From: Geosiphon pyriformis uo1
Lineage: Eukaryota; Fungi; Glomeromycota
Length of the DNA stretch: 64,000 nucleotides
NCBI GenBank assembly: GCA_016748015.1
Contig: JAAOMT010000273.1
Span: 118,375-182,374 of the forward strand
Direction of reading: 5' to 3'
The position numbers were made by a program, and so were the translations under genes. Positions 1 to 12,262 of the stretch are shown here, piece after piece. Every line of letters begins with the position of its first letter. Position 1 is the stretch's first letter. The notes beneath the pieces are model-generated. The model made no database searches and was not told the origin of the DNA. It saw only the letters and a list, made by a program, of their open reading frames with translations.

Positions 1-982
1 ACTAATACATCTGGTCAAGCATTAGGAGCTGTACTATTGCAAAAAGGACTGGAGAAACAAGAACACCCAGTAGCTTATGCCAGCAGAAGCTTAAATTCAG
101 CTGAAAAAAACTATAGAACTCCAGCACTAGAACATTTAATTATCTATTGGGCTGTTATCAAATAGAAAAAATACTTAAGTCAAAAGTTTGATGTATATAC
201 TAATCACAAGGGATTGACTTCAATCCAGAAGCAAGAATTTAGAGACAATTGCCATGCCAAATGGAAAATAGAACTTTTACCATTCAATTATACAATACAT
301 TACAAAAAAGGAAAAAAAAATAGAAATGCTGATGGGTTGTCGAGGATAAAACAAATCTAAAAACATTTCAACCCAAAAATATAACAAAAAGATGAATATA
401 CAAAAATATCAACAACTTCAGCACTATATAAATACCCAATTGTTCAAGAAAAAATTATCTCAAAAAGAACAAAACAACATAAAACAACAATCAAAATATT
501 TTATCAACTACCAAAATATATTTTACCAAAAAAACAAAAGAAATCCAGATCAATCAATCAAAGTAATTACAGAACTAGAGAAAGAAACAATACTATACAA
601 CATGTATTTAGATCTAACAATAAAACATTTTCATAAAGAAGCAACCATAAAAAAAACCAGAAAAAAATATTATTGGCCATTGTTATCCAAGTAGAAAAAC
701 CAATCCAAAGTTATGAAGAANNNNNNNNNNNNNNNNNNNNATTGTTCAAGAAAAAATTATCTCAAAAAGAACAAAACAACATAAAACAACAATCAAAATA
801 TTTTATCAACTACCAAAATATATTTTACCAAAAAAACAAAAGAAATCCAGATCAATCAATCAAAGTAATTACAGAACTAGAGAAAGAAACAATACTATAC
901 AACATGTATTTAGATCTAACAATAAAACATTTTCATAAAGAAGCAACCATAAAAAAAACCAGAAAAAAATATTATTGGCCAT
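1..982 (+). pseudogene. Family-B Ty3/gypsy fragment: RNase H (1-360) and integrase N-terminus (392 onward)
   Basis: Translates as ALGAVLLQ..EHPVAYASRSL..AEKNY..YKKGKKNRNADGLSR*, then MNIQKYQQL..YYWP. Near-identical to the reverse complement of 15340-16020. Confidence 0.9.
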
Positions 983-1022
983 TGTTATCCAAGTAGAAAA
1001 ACCAATCCAAAGTTATGAAGAA
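439..1022. other. Assembly gap (20 N at 721-740) flanked by an identical 282-bp duplication
   Basis: 439-720 equals 741-1022, directly on either side of the N run. Confidence 0.9.
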
Positions 1023-1077
1023 ATGTGACCAAAATATGACATAATACAGAATAGCGTGTAATAACATTGGATAACAC
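983..1077 (+). mobile_element. Probable 5' stub of an LTR inserted into the integrase fragment
   Basis: Integrase homology stops at YYWP and is followed by TGTTATCC.. with AATGTGAC/ATAACA repeats resembling the B2 U3 (reverse complement of 4500-4680). Confidence 0.45.
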
Positions 1078-3248
1078 GTTATTGTTTTTAGGAACTAGAG
1101 AATTGTTGTAATCTCTGGAAAAGTGTCCAGTTAATCTACATTAATAACACACAGGTGGGCCATAATTTTGCTGTCTTTGATAAAGGGGTAGCTGGAGCTA
1201 ATTAAAACAGAGTTCAAATCTAGGTCTTTGAAATTGTTGATTCTTTTTAACTGTTTAGGTTAAGGACTCTAATAGTTAGACAAGATTGGTTGTGAGTCTA
1301 TCTATCAATTGTTCATTGGAATTTGAAGTCTGAGCAGTAAAAGAAGTGACAGCCATTTAAAAAACAAGAGCCACAACAGGGACAGGAACAAAAACTAGAA
1401 GTATAGATCTCAAGTACATTCTTTGATTGTTTTCTATTCTCTGAATAAATTCAATAGCCATATCTATTGTGAGATTATCTTTTAAAGCCAAAAAGAGCCA
1501 AAAAGCATAGGAAAGATCAGTTCTTAATCCTTTTGTAAAAGAATGAATTTTTTGCTCTTCTGTTCAATTTTTTCTAAAGTCTATTCATTTGATTAGCTTT
1601 TTTATTGCTTTAGCATATTCAGTTACTACTTTTTCTGGGTCTTGGGTTCTTTTTTTTAATTTCATGTGCTATTTAGATATTAATACTGGAATTCTGAATT
1701 TGTTTTCAAACTGGATGGTGAAAGAGGTGTTGTTTTTTTCAAAATTTGCTGGTGTTTATCTAATAATTTTTTGCTGAGCATTGGTATTGGTTTTTTGTGA
1801 AAACCAAGTAGCAGGAAAGTCTTAAAGATAGCCACCAACACTTTGGAACTTGTATTCATTATCATATTGGTTGGCTGTGATAGCTCTTTTAAAGTCATCC
1901 AACTATTTAATTAGATCTTATACATTACTTCTGAATAATGATAATAAAGTGTTATTTCTTTGCTCTAGAGCAGTTTGTATATCTTAAAAGGCAGCCAGGA
2001 TGTTTGCTTGTATAGGGTCATTAGCCATTGGTTTAAAAATAACTGTTTGTGTGGAATATTCTAATTTACTTAAGAAAAAATCAAAAACAGAAGCAGTTTA
2101 ATAACTTTCTTCTTCTGTTTCAAAAAAAATTTCAGCTAACTGGTGGGCAGCAATTCAGATATGAATTTGGTGATTCAGATATTCGAAATCAGGAGACTGT
2201 TGTTTAAAGATTGTGGAATATAAAAGCTAATTAATGCTGTTGTTTTTTCTTTAAAGTTGTCTTTAAAATAAGCTTGGTCAAAGTAATAAATTGTATAGAC
2301 TGTGTAGGTTTTAGCTAAATGCTTATTCAAAAACCAGTTCTAAAAGTCTTGGAATTGTCTACTGAATTGTTCATTAATGAGGAAACAAATCAAGCAGAAG
2401 GACAAAAAATTGAGTTTAATAAAGTCTAGGTTGTTTTTGTTGTATACTTCAATGTGTTCTTTTGATTGTTGTAACAGATATAAATAATCATTTATACAAT
2501 AGGAAACAAAGTGGATTTTGACAACTTTACAGAAAGCACTACTTTTATGTTACAAGTTGGAGTAACAAGCTAATAGATAGCAAAAGAAAACAGAATTGTA
2601 AGATAATAAAAATAATCAAAGAAAAAATTACAATATGAGAGTAAATTAAATAAGTAAGGATTCAATGTCCATATCAGTCTCATAAAAATCACAGCTGCAA
2701 ATCTTTTCTGGAAATTTAAAGATAGAAAAATAGTTCATAATTGTTAACAAAATAACACTGCTGTTATTATTTTATGTCTTAACTTGGTAATTTTTAGAAT
2801 TAATAACAGATATTTTTGTGTTTTTCAATCATTTTTTTATTTAATAAATTACAAGAGCAAGTAATCACTTCTCAGACTAATTCTAACAATACAAATTAAA
2901 AAAGAGGAAAAGATAAAATATGTAAATGTCAACAAGTAATCTTTTATCCCAAAATGTTTAGATACTTGAAAATAGGGAAAAAAAAATAAGTAATATGAGA
3001 GAAAGTAATTGATAATGAGTTTTATTTCATTATTTTGATCATGTTTTTCTACAGTTAAGAAACTTATTGCTTATATAGCTATTGAAAGTAATCAATAACC
3101 AGATCAATGACTAGATTAATGATTAGGTTAATGGTCAAATTATTAATCAGGTTAATGATTATTATTTAAAAATAGGATGGCTAATTATATAATATTAGTG
3201 ACTAATATATGTGATAACTAATAAAAAGTATGAGTTTTAACTATAATA
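1078..3248 (-). mobile_element. Truncated family-A gypsy copy: 5' LTR 2548-3248, PBS ~2525-2541, gag to the zinc knuckle
   Basis: Reverse complement aligns to 4925-7160; more decayed than the full-length copy. Confidence 0.9.
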
Positions 3249-5018
3249 CTATCATTGTAAATATTACCAAAGAATCTAATAAAATGATCACACATTTTAA
3301 TCTAAATTAAATTATTTCTAAAATAATATCACCTAACAAAGTTGTAAGCTTTCTACATATCTTATAAAACAAGCCAAAGCTTATGATCTTTTTTTAAAAC
3401 ATTCTTAATTAATGAATCCACAGCAAAAAAAGAAGACTGAATAGTAGTGTTCTTTAATACAGAAAAATTGTTATCACAAAAAATGTCAAAATTGCTACAT
3501 GTTAATAAAATTTTATTAAAGAGTATTTTAGAAAAAATCTTACAAGCAGTATTAATTAAGACAATTAATTTGGTGTTAATTAAAACTTTGTCTTATTTAT
3601 AAGGCTTAAAAATTATTAACACTTAAGCTTTTTTTTATGAATAAAACACAGATTTACATACTAAACAAAAGTTCAAAAAATCCAAGAGCATTATAAAAAC
3701 AGAAGCATTGCAATAATTTTATAGTTCATTATTAATCCCAGACAAACCAGCAGTCTTTTTGTCAGTATTACAAGTAATTATTTGGGGTCTCGAATCAAAT
3801 AACAAATCCATAACCTAATACTATTAGCTGATATACTGGTTATAATCTGAAAATTGTTTGTATCTAAAGGTTTTGGTATTTGAAAGTTTTGTTGAGTTGG
3901 AGTTCTTTGTATAATAAACAGAAATTCAATAATTGTTTTCAGTAGCCTTCCGAAATCACAATTCTGTCAATCTTTTTCTCAGCTTAGTGGCTGGCAATTT
4001 TTTGGTAAGCAATTCATATTTCTTATATATTCTATTTACTCGTAAGAGTCTTTTACCAGGCAATTCTTGATGTTAATAACTCAGCACTTAATCTTTAATT
4101 AATTTAGTCAACAATAAAAAATAACAAAATAAAAGAAAAAAAAGAAAATAAAAGAAAAAAATGAAATAAGCCAAGGCAATAAATGTTGGTATTCTGTTAA
4201 TAGCTGTAATCAAGAGCTATTGTTCCAAAGTGATTAAGTATCAATTACTATCAACATTTAGAGTTAATAGTAAGCAATTGGATTTAAGATGCTGAATAAG
4301 TATGTTTATTAATATTTTAAAATGATATGTTTTTTTTTAATTAGAAATAATAACTAATAAATTTATGTCTGAGGATTCTGTCTTTTTTGCTTTTATTTCT
4401 ATTGCTATATATACATATTTTCTAGTTTTACAGGATTGCTTTGAATCATCTATTCTTGCTAGTTATTGCTTTGTTTTTTTATATTATAACTAATTATTCT
4501 ATGTTATAATACATTATTTGACATTATTACATGTTATTCTGTGTTATTTTGTATTATAACATATTATCTTACATTATAACACATTATTCTGTATTATTTT
4601 GTGTTATAACATGTTATTCTATGTTATTATGTATTATTTTGTGTCTCTTCACATTTTGTCACATTTTTTCTCTAGGTTACATTTTTTTTTCTTTGATAGA
4701 CTTTCTTTTTTCAAGTAATATTATTTTCTCATTTTTAATATTGAGCTTCTGCAAAATCAGTTATGTCTGTTAGTAGAACTTCATTTGTGTAATGTTTGAT
4801 GATTATGTTAACTATAATTCTTTGTAAATCTTCAAACTGTTGATTGGTCATTTGTTGTTACAGATAATTATTTGGAATCTTAATGCAAATAACAAACCCA
4901 TAACTTGGTGCTCAATTGATATATTGTTACGGTTGAAACACATAGTTTTTATTAATTATCACATGTATTAGCCACTGATGTCATATAATTAGCCACCCTA
5001 TTTTTAGATAGTGATCAA

Positions 5019-5155
5019 TGACCTGATCATTGACCTGATCATTGACCTGACTGTTGACCTGATCATTAACCTGATTATTGACCTGATCAATGACCTGATC
5101 ATTGACTTGATCGTTAACCTGATTATTGACCTGATCGTTGACCTGGTTGTTGACC
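5019..5155 (+). repeat. 12-bp tandem repeat TGACCTGATCAT in the U3 of the A 5' LTR (11 units)
   Basis: Units counted directly; TATA-like CTATATAAG follows at ~5168. Confidence 0.95.
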
Positions 5156-5680
5156 ACTTTAGATAGCTATATAAGTGATGATTCCCTTAGCTATAGAAAA
5201 ACATGATCAAAGTAACAAAATAAACAATATTAATTACTTCCTCTCATAATTGCTTATTCCCCTTTTCTTACCTTCAAGTATCTACTTGTTGGCATTCACA
5301 TACCTTATCTTTTCCCCTTCTTGATTTGTATTTGTTAGAATTAGCCTGAAAAGCAATTGGCTTGCTCTTGTAATTCATTGAATAAAAAAATGATTGAAAA
5401 GTACAACAATACCTGTTATTGATTCTAAGAATCACCGAGTTGAGGCATAGAATAATAGCAGTGGTGTTATCTTGTTGACAATCACGGACTGTTCCTCTAC
5501 CTTCAGATTTAAGAAAAGATTAGCGACTGTGATTTTTATGAGACTGATCACGCACATTGAATTCCTACTTATTCAATTCGCTCCCTTATTGTAATTCCTT
5601 CTTTGTTTATTTCCATCACCATACAATACTGTTCTCTCTTACTATCCGTTAGCTTGTTACTTCAACCTGTAACATAAAAG

Positions 5681-5697
5681 TGGTGCTCCCTGTGAGG
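5681..5697 (+). promoter_or_regulatory. Primer binding site, probably for elongator tRNA-Met
   Basis: TGGTGCTCCCTGTGAGG; its reverse complement CCTCACAGGGAGCACCA resembles the 3' end of eukaryotic tRNA-Met(e). Confidence 0.7.
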
Positions 5698-5726
5698 TTG
5701 TCAAAATTCACTTATTCCCTCATTGT

Positions 5727-7274
5727 ATGGGTGATTACTCATATCTGCCATAGCAATCAGAAGAACACTTTGCAGCACACAACAGAAACGACCAAAGTTT
5801 CATTGAACTTAATCCTCTGCCCTTCTGCTTGATCTGCTTCTCCCTTGAAAAACAATCCAGTAGACAATTCCAAGACTTTTGGAACTGGTTTCTGAACGAG
5901 CATTCAGCTGAAACCTACACAGCTTATACAATCTATTACTTTGACCAAGCTTATTTTGAAAACGACTTTGAAGAAAGAAATAACAGTATCAATCAGCTCT
6001 TATATTCTGCAACCTTTGAACAACAGCCCCCTGATTTCAAATATCTGAATCATCAAATCCACATTTGGATTGCTGCCCATCAAGCAACTGAAACTTCCTT
6101 TGAAACAGAAGAAGAAAGTTACCAAACTGCCCCTGTTTTTGATCTTTTATTAAGTGAATCAAACTCGTCTATACAAACAGTTACCCCTGAACCAATGGCT
6201 AATGACCCCATGCAAGCAAACATTCTGGCCGCCCTCCAAGGTATACAAACTGCTCTAGAGCGAAGAAACAACACCCCAATACCATTATTTAGAGGTGATG
6301 CACAAGATCCAATTGAATAGTTGGATGACTTTGAAAGAGCTGCTACAGCCAATCAATATGACAATGAGTACAAGTTCCAAATTATTGGTGGCTACCTTCA
6401 AAGATCTCCTGCTATCTGGTTCTCACAAGAAACAGATACCAACGCCCAGCAAAGAATCATTAGATGGATACCAGCAAATGTGGGGGAAATCAACACTTCT
6501 TTCACTACTCAGTTTGAAAACAAGTTCAGAACCCCAATATTAATATCAAAATGGCGTATGGAATTGGAAAGAAGAACCCAAGGTCCTGGTGAAGTTGTAA
6601 CCGAATACGCCAAAGCAATCAGAAAGTTAATCAAACGAGTAGACACTGGAAGAAATTGGACAGAAGAGCAGAAAATTCACTCCTTCACAAAAGGATTGAG
6701 AACTGATCTATCGTATGCTTTTTGGCCCCTCCTGGTTCTGAAAGATAATCCCACCATGGATATGGCCATTGAATTAGCACAAAGAATTGAAGATAACCAA
6801 AGGATGCACTTGGGATCCACACTACCAGTTTTTGCTCCTGTTCCTGTTATGGCTTCTGCCCCTTAAATGACTGCTACTTCTTTTGCCACTCACACTCAAG
6901 ATCCAAATGAACAGTTAATAGACAAACTCACAGCAAATTTTGCTCGGTTATTAGAACCTTTAGCCCAAGCAGTCAGAGAAAATCAGCAACCACAAAGACC
7001 CAGATTTGAACCACACTTCAATCAGCCCCAGCAATCACCTTATCAAAGACAACAAAATAATGGTCTATCTGTATGCTATCGCTGTGGATTAACTAGACAC
7101 TTTTTAAGAGATTGCAACAATCCTCCACTGCCTCCACCAGTCCCCAGAAACAATGATGCTCAGAACAACAAGATCAACAACAACAATGTGCCCAACCAAA
7201 GACCCAATCATGCCAACATCAATTTCTTTGGAAAGGATCTCCTAGTTGAAGCCACTGTTTATTAGCCTTTAAAC
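5727..7274 (+). pseudogene. gag: Element A gag (N-terminal extension, capsid from M at 6195, CCHC knuckle)
   Basis: One frame with point stops; PLFRGDAQDPIEW-like motif, QGPGEVVTEY, CYRCGLTRHFLRDC. Confidence 0.88.
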
Positions 7275-7310
7275 TGGCAGGCGCACCTCCAAAGGGTGAG
7301 AGTGCAAGCC
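7268..7310 (+). promoter_or_regulatory. Putative -1 ribosomal frameshift signal at the gag/pol junction
   Basis: T TTA AAC in the gag frame, a 5-nt spacer, then stem-loop GGC-GCAC-CTC/GAG-GTGC-GCC. Pol lies in the -1 frame. Confidence 0.75.
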
Positions 7311-9961
7311 AACCAGAAGAAAACCCCTTTTACACTTTTAACTTAACTAATGATGACCATAACATGGATGAATTAGCAATCAACTCCTCTGAATCTACAA
7401 GAAAGAAGAAGAAAGCCAAAGTTGATTTCGTTCTAGACCCCAATAAAGCTTTTACATCAACTGCTGACAACAATGAGCCCCCAAAAGCCAAAGTTTTCAA
7501 GAACCCTCCAAAGTTGGAACCCCCAGAAATAGTACAAAAATCTGGTTCCTATTCTGTTGTCAAAGACCTTATAGAAACCCCAGCACATATAATCTTTGGC
7601 CAATTAATGACCCATTCACAATTCAGAAAAGATCTTCACAAATCCCTGATTCCAAAGAAAAAGACACCCAAAACCAACAAATGTTCTCGCCAAGCTGGAC
7701 TTGCTGACAATAGCAATGTCACTCCTCTAATTTGTAAAGCCCAAGTGGCTGGCTACTTCATCGATTTGATCCTAGACAGTGGATTATCTGTTAATGTTAT
7801 TGCCAAACACTTTTTTGAAGCAATTGGCAGAAAAATTGATGAACCATCCACATGACCAATGACCAATGTGCATGGTGATAAGAAAAAAGAGCTTGGCATA
7901 GCCAAAGCTATTCCTGTTCACATCAATGACATCAGCATTGAAACTGATATGGAAGTGTCTGAAGTAAAAGAATACACCATCATTGTTGGCAATGAATGGC
8001 TCAAGAAAGCAAAGGCTTTGCTTGATTATGAACTCTGTGAACTAACCATTAGATGTGGTGAGAAACCCATTGTGGTTAAGTGTTGCCATTGGACAACTCC
8101 CCCAGTACCCAAGCAGAGCCTAGAAGAAAATGAATCAGATGAATCAGATGATAAAGAAAGTGAGGAAAAAAAAGAACAAAAAGAACAAGAAGAAACTGCT
8201 GAACTTGCCTATACCATCTTTACTAGCAATGGCAAACCATTGAATAATGTCAAGGCAGATAAAGAAGGAATCATTGTCAATGGCAAGCTGATTTGCTGGC
8301 CTTATTATAACATGCTCAGAAGAACCTTTGACAGAAAGCCAGGCAAGAAAGCCAAATACAGTTATTGGTGGCATGGTCCTTGTGTCCAGTGCTGATGTGA
8401 CAAACCATTGTATTCTCCTAGTGATGAATACATGTCCTGCCTGATCTATTACAAAGATTGGGAACCAATCAGCTTGATACCCCAAGAGAAAATAAAAGAA
8501 GTCCAAAAGTCCTTTGAAAACGAACCACCTGAAATCCAATCACAAGTTATAGAACAAAGAAAACCCTCTCCAGAAGAAAAAAAAGTAGACATTGAAAATC
8601 TGCTGGCTAGAAACAGCCCAGTTATCTTAAAAGAAAGTGAATCTCCTGGATATACACATGTGATACAACACACCATCATCACCAGAGAAACCTGCCCCAT
8701 CCATTTGAAGCCCTATTAATCCAACCGGTGCAATGATGAGTTTATCAAAAAGGAAATAACCCGAATGAAAACCCTTGGATTTATACAAAAAACCAAAAGT
8801 GAATGGGCATTCCCAGTTGTAGTGGTATCCAAGAAAGGAGGAACCCTATGCTTTTGTGTTGACTATCGCCAATTAAATGCCATTACTAAAAGAGACATGT
8901 ATCCACTTCCCAAAATTGATGCAATAGTAGACCAATTCCATGGTGCTGCTTTCTTCTCAACCATTGACTTAACTGCTGGATTTTGGCAAGTAGAGATGGA
9001 TCCAGAAAGCAGAAAAAAAACTGCCTTCATCACCAAGTATGGTACCTATGAATTCACAGTCATGTTTTTTGGTCTTACAAATGCTCCTCCCATCTTTCAA
9101 CGCTTAATGGACAAAGTATTTGAATCAGTAAAAGAAAACTTTGTTCTAGTCTACTTAGACAACATAATGGTATACTCAAAAACCTGGGATGAACATCTTG
9201 AACATTTGCAAAAGGTTTTTGACCTCCTTAGAAATGCTGGTCTCAAGATCAATCCAATCAAATCATTCTTTGGACGTCAATCCACCCAGTTCCTTGGCCA
9301 TCTTATTACAAAAGATGGAATCTTTTCTGATCCAGCCAAAATTGAAAAAGTTCAAAACATTAAACAACCAATGAATGTTCATAAACTATGCTCTTTTCTT
9401 GGTTTGGCCTCTTATTATTGCAAGTTTGTCAAGGATTTCTCCAAAATTGCTGCTCCTTTCAATCAGCTACTTAGGAAAAACATCAATTATCACTGGGGCA
9501 CTTATCAACAAAAAACATTTGAAATTCTGAAGGAAAAACTGGTTACAAAACCCATTCTCATGCAACCTAATTTAGATCGACCTTTTATCCTCCACACTGA
9601 TACATCTGACTATGGACTTGGTGCTGTTCTTTCCCAAAAAGATGAAGATAACAAAGAACACACCGTAGCATATGCCAGTAGAACTCTCACACCAGCAGAA
9701 AAGAACTACTCAGTCACTGAGCAAGAATGCTTAGCAGTAGTTTGGGCTACCAGCTACTGGGACAAATATCTTAAGGGTGTGAAATTTTTGGTGGTAACAG
9801 ATCACCAAGCTTTGGTTTGGCTACGCAACAAAAAAAATCTGGAACATAAATGGATAACTTGCTAGATACTCCACTTGGACGAATTCGACTATGACATTCA
9901 ATACCGCAAAGGAGCTAATCATCAAAACGCTGACGCTCTCTCCAGACTTACCATTCAGTGA
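7274..9961 (+). pseudogene. pol: Element A pol: aspartic protease, RT, RNase H
   Basis: LILDSG; CVDYRQLN, YPLPKID, IDLTAGFWQ, YLDN; DTSDYGLGAVL, TDHQAL, NADALSR. Confidence 0.93.
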
Positions 9962-10026
9962 TAGTAAAACCCTCTCAAACCAAACCAACTTAATTATTTG
10001 TAACTCCCTCACAAACAAACACGATA

Positions 10027-11330
10027 ATGGACTTGGACAACTACTCTGCTTTAATGAAATTTTTGGGTAAAGAACAATACCTGCCGGACTATACTCAACA
10101 GCAAAGAGAACATTTGCACAAACAATCAAATTTCTATTTGATTTGCCAGAACCAGTTATATAAAAGAAATAGAAAAGATCCTGACTGCCCCCAGAGAGTT
10201 ATTAGATTTGAAGAAAGAGAAATTGTGATCTACAATATGCACACTGATCCATTAGCTGGACACTTTGGAAAAACAAAAACAATTAAAAAAACTTTAGCTC
10301 ACTATTATTGGCCTACCTTGGAAAAAGACATTGCTGAATACATCAAAACCTGTAATACCTGCCAAAGAAGAGGAAAACCCAACCGCAAGGAAAATATCCA
10401 TCCAATTTCTGTTGGTCAACCATTTGATAGAATTGGTATAGATGTTGTTGGACCTTTAACAGTAACTCTTGATGGCAACAGATACATTATCACAGCTACC
10501 AACTATCTTACAAAGTGGGTAGAAGCAAGAGCCACTCCAGATCAAACAGTAGTCTCAATTGCCAATTTCATTTATGAAGATATTATTTGTCGTCACGGCT
10601 GTTCCAAAGAACTTTTATCTAATAGAGGAAGAGCTTTTCTCAGTACACTGGTTGAAGAACTTTGCAGAAAAATGGGAATACGTCATAAACTCTCTTCTCC
10701 TTATTATTCCCAAACAAATGGCCTAGTGGAACGTTTTAATAGAACACTATGTGAAACCCTAGCCAAAACCAGTGAAGAAACCAACCTATGGGACAAAGTA
10801 TTGCTTTCAGCTTTGTTTGCTTACAAAACTGTGAATCATGACATAACAAGTTATGAACTTTTTTATCTGCTCTATGAACGAATGGCAACTTTACTAATAG
10901 AAATGGATATAGAAACAATATCTTTTGAAGAAATAACAATAGGAGATTACAAGGACATTTTGCAAAAAAAACTTGGTACTATTCTTGACTCATTGGTAGA
11001 AGCACGAATAATTGCCTTTAAAAAGATAAAACAGTTCCAAGAGAAGCTCAAAAAAAAAAAGACCTATAAAACACTTTCTTTAAGTATTGGTGACTTAGTT
11101 TTGGAATACTGTTTAGACAGAAACAATGTCTATGATAATAAATTCTCTAGCCGGTAGAAAGGACCCTTTATAGTCAACAAAGTTTTGAACAATGGTTCTT
11201 ATATCTTACAAGATCAATATAGAACAATATTCAGTGATCATTCTGTTCATGGCATGTGACTCAAAAAATATCACAAATGATCTGATTAGTTACCTGTTGT
11301 GGTAATACCAACCCAAATGATCAGCAAAAA
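10027..11330 (+). pseudogene. Element A integrase (separate ORF)
   Basis: HTDPLAGH..CNTC zinc finger, GIDVVGPL, SPYYSQTNGLVERFN, GPF module; no chromodomain. Confidence 0.92.
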
Positions 11331-11381
11331 TCAGATATAAATAAATGCACCATTTCCAAAACAGAGGTATCTTCAATCAAC

Positions 11382-12038
11382 ATGAACAATTATTTCCTGG
11401 ATCAAAACATTCAAAATGCTTTCTATACTCTCCATGAGTACTGGATCAAAAACTATCCAAATACTACTCTGACTATCAGAAAACAAACCACTATAACAGA
11501 CAACAGTGGAACTCACACTGTTATTAGACCAAAGAAAACAACTACCAGAAGAGAAAGAATTGGTGGCAAAATGGATAAATACCTACTGAAAAGCATAACA
11601 GCAGCGATAATTTCACCTTCCAGCACAATCGGAAAAACAATACAAGAAATCTTGCCCATAGACAAAAACTTGTCATATGGAAGACAACTAGAACTTTATG
11701 GTCATCTTGGTGAAATCATAGAAGACATGAAGCTCATGAAGAAAACAACTTTAGAGATACAAATGGAAATTTTGGGCATTATATGATTAGATGTCCCAAG
11801 AGTTTTGACCATTGTTAAAAGAGCCAGAACTCTAATACAAAGATTTGGTCTCTTGGATACAAAGCTTATTTCGTCTCAAGTACTATATACTCTATCCACA
11901 AAAGACTTCAACAAACTAGTTAGTTTTGAGTTAGACAAAACCCTTCACATAGACTATCCCATAAATAGTTTGATTTTGCCAGAGCTCAATCTCTTTGGAG
12001 AGGATGATGTTATGGTTGAAACACATAGTTTTTATTAA
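11382..12038 (+). pseudogene. Element A ORF3, ~218 codons, unknown function
   Basis: ORFs 11382-11786 and 11805-12038 share one frame, separated by a single TGA; the frame runs into the 3' LTR. Confidence 0.75.
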
Positions 12039-12101
12039 TTATCACATGTATTAGCCACTGATGTCATATAATTAGCCACCCTATTTTTAGATAGTGATCA
12101 A

Positions 12102-12262
12102 TGACCTGATCATTGACCTGATTATTGACCTGACCATTGACCTGATCATTGATCTGACTATTGACCTGATTATTGACCTGATCATTGACCTGATCAATGA
12201 CCTAATCATTGACTTGATCATTGACCTAATCATTGACTTGATCATTGACCTGGTCATTGACC
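12102..12262 (+). repeat. 12-bp tandem repeat in the A 3' LTR (13 units)
   Basis: Units counted directly; accounts for the 24-bp length difference between the two LTRs. Confidence 0.95.

Noticed and set aside
439-1022. Tandem duplication of the integrase N-terminus
   Set aside because: Identical copies abut an N gap; typical unmerged contig overlap.
4531-4773. Hydrophobic 80-aa ORF
   Set aside because: Antisense translation of the B2 U3 tandem repeat.
5019-5155. CRISPR-like array
   Set aside because: Contiguous 12-mers with no spacers, inside LTRs, in a eukaryotic context.
6318-9865. Stop-codon reassignment explaining in-frame TGA/TAG/TAA
   Set aside because: The stops replace Trp, Arg and Gln variably between copies, and the host genes end normally at TGA and TAA; mutation explains them.
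11382-12038. ORF3 as an envelope glycoprotein
   Set aside because: Too short, with no signal peptide, TM helix or Cys pattern visible.
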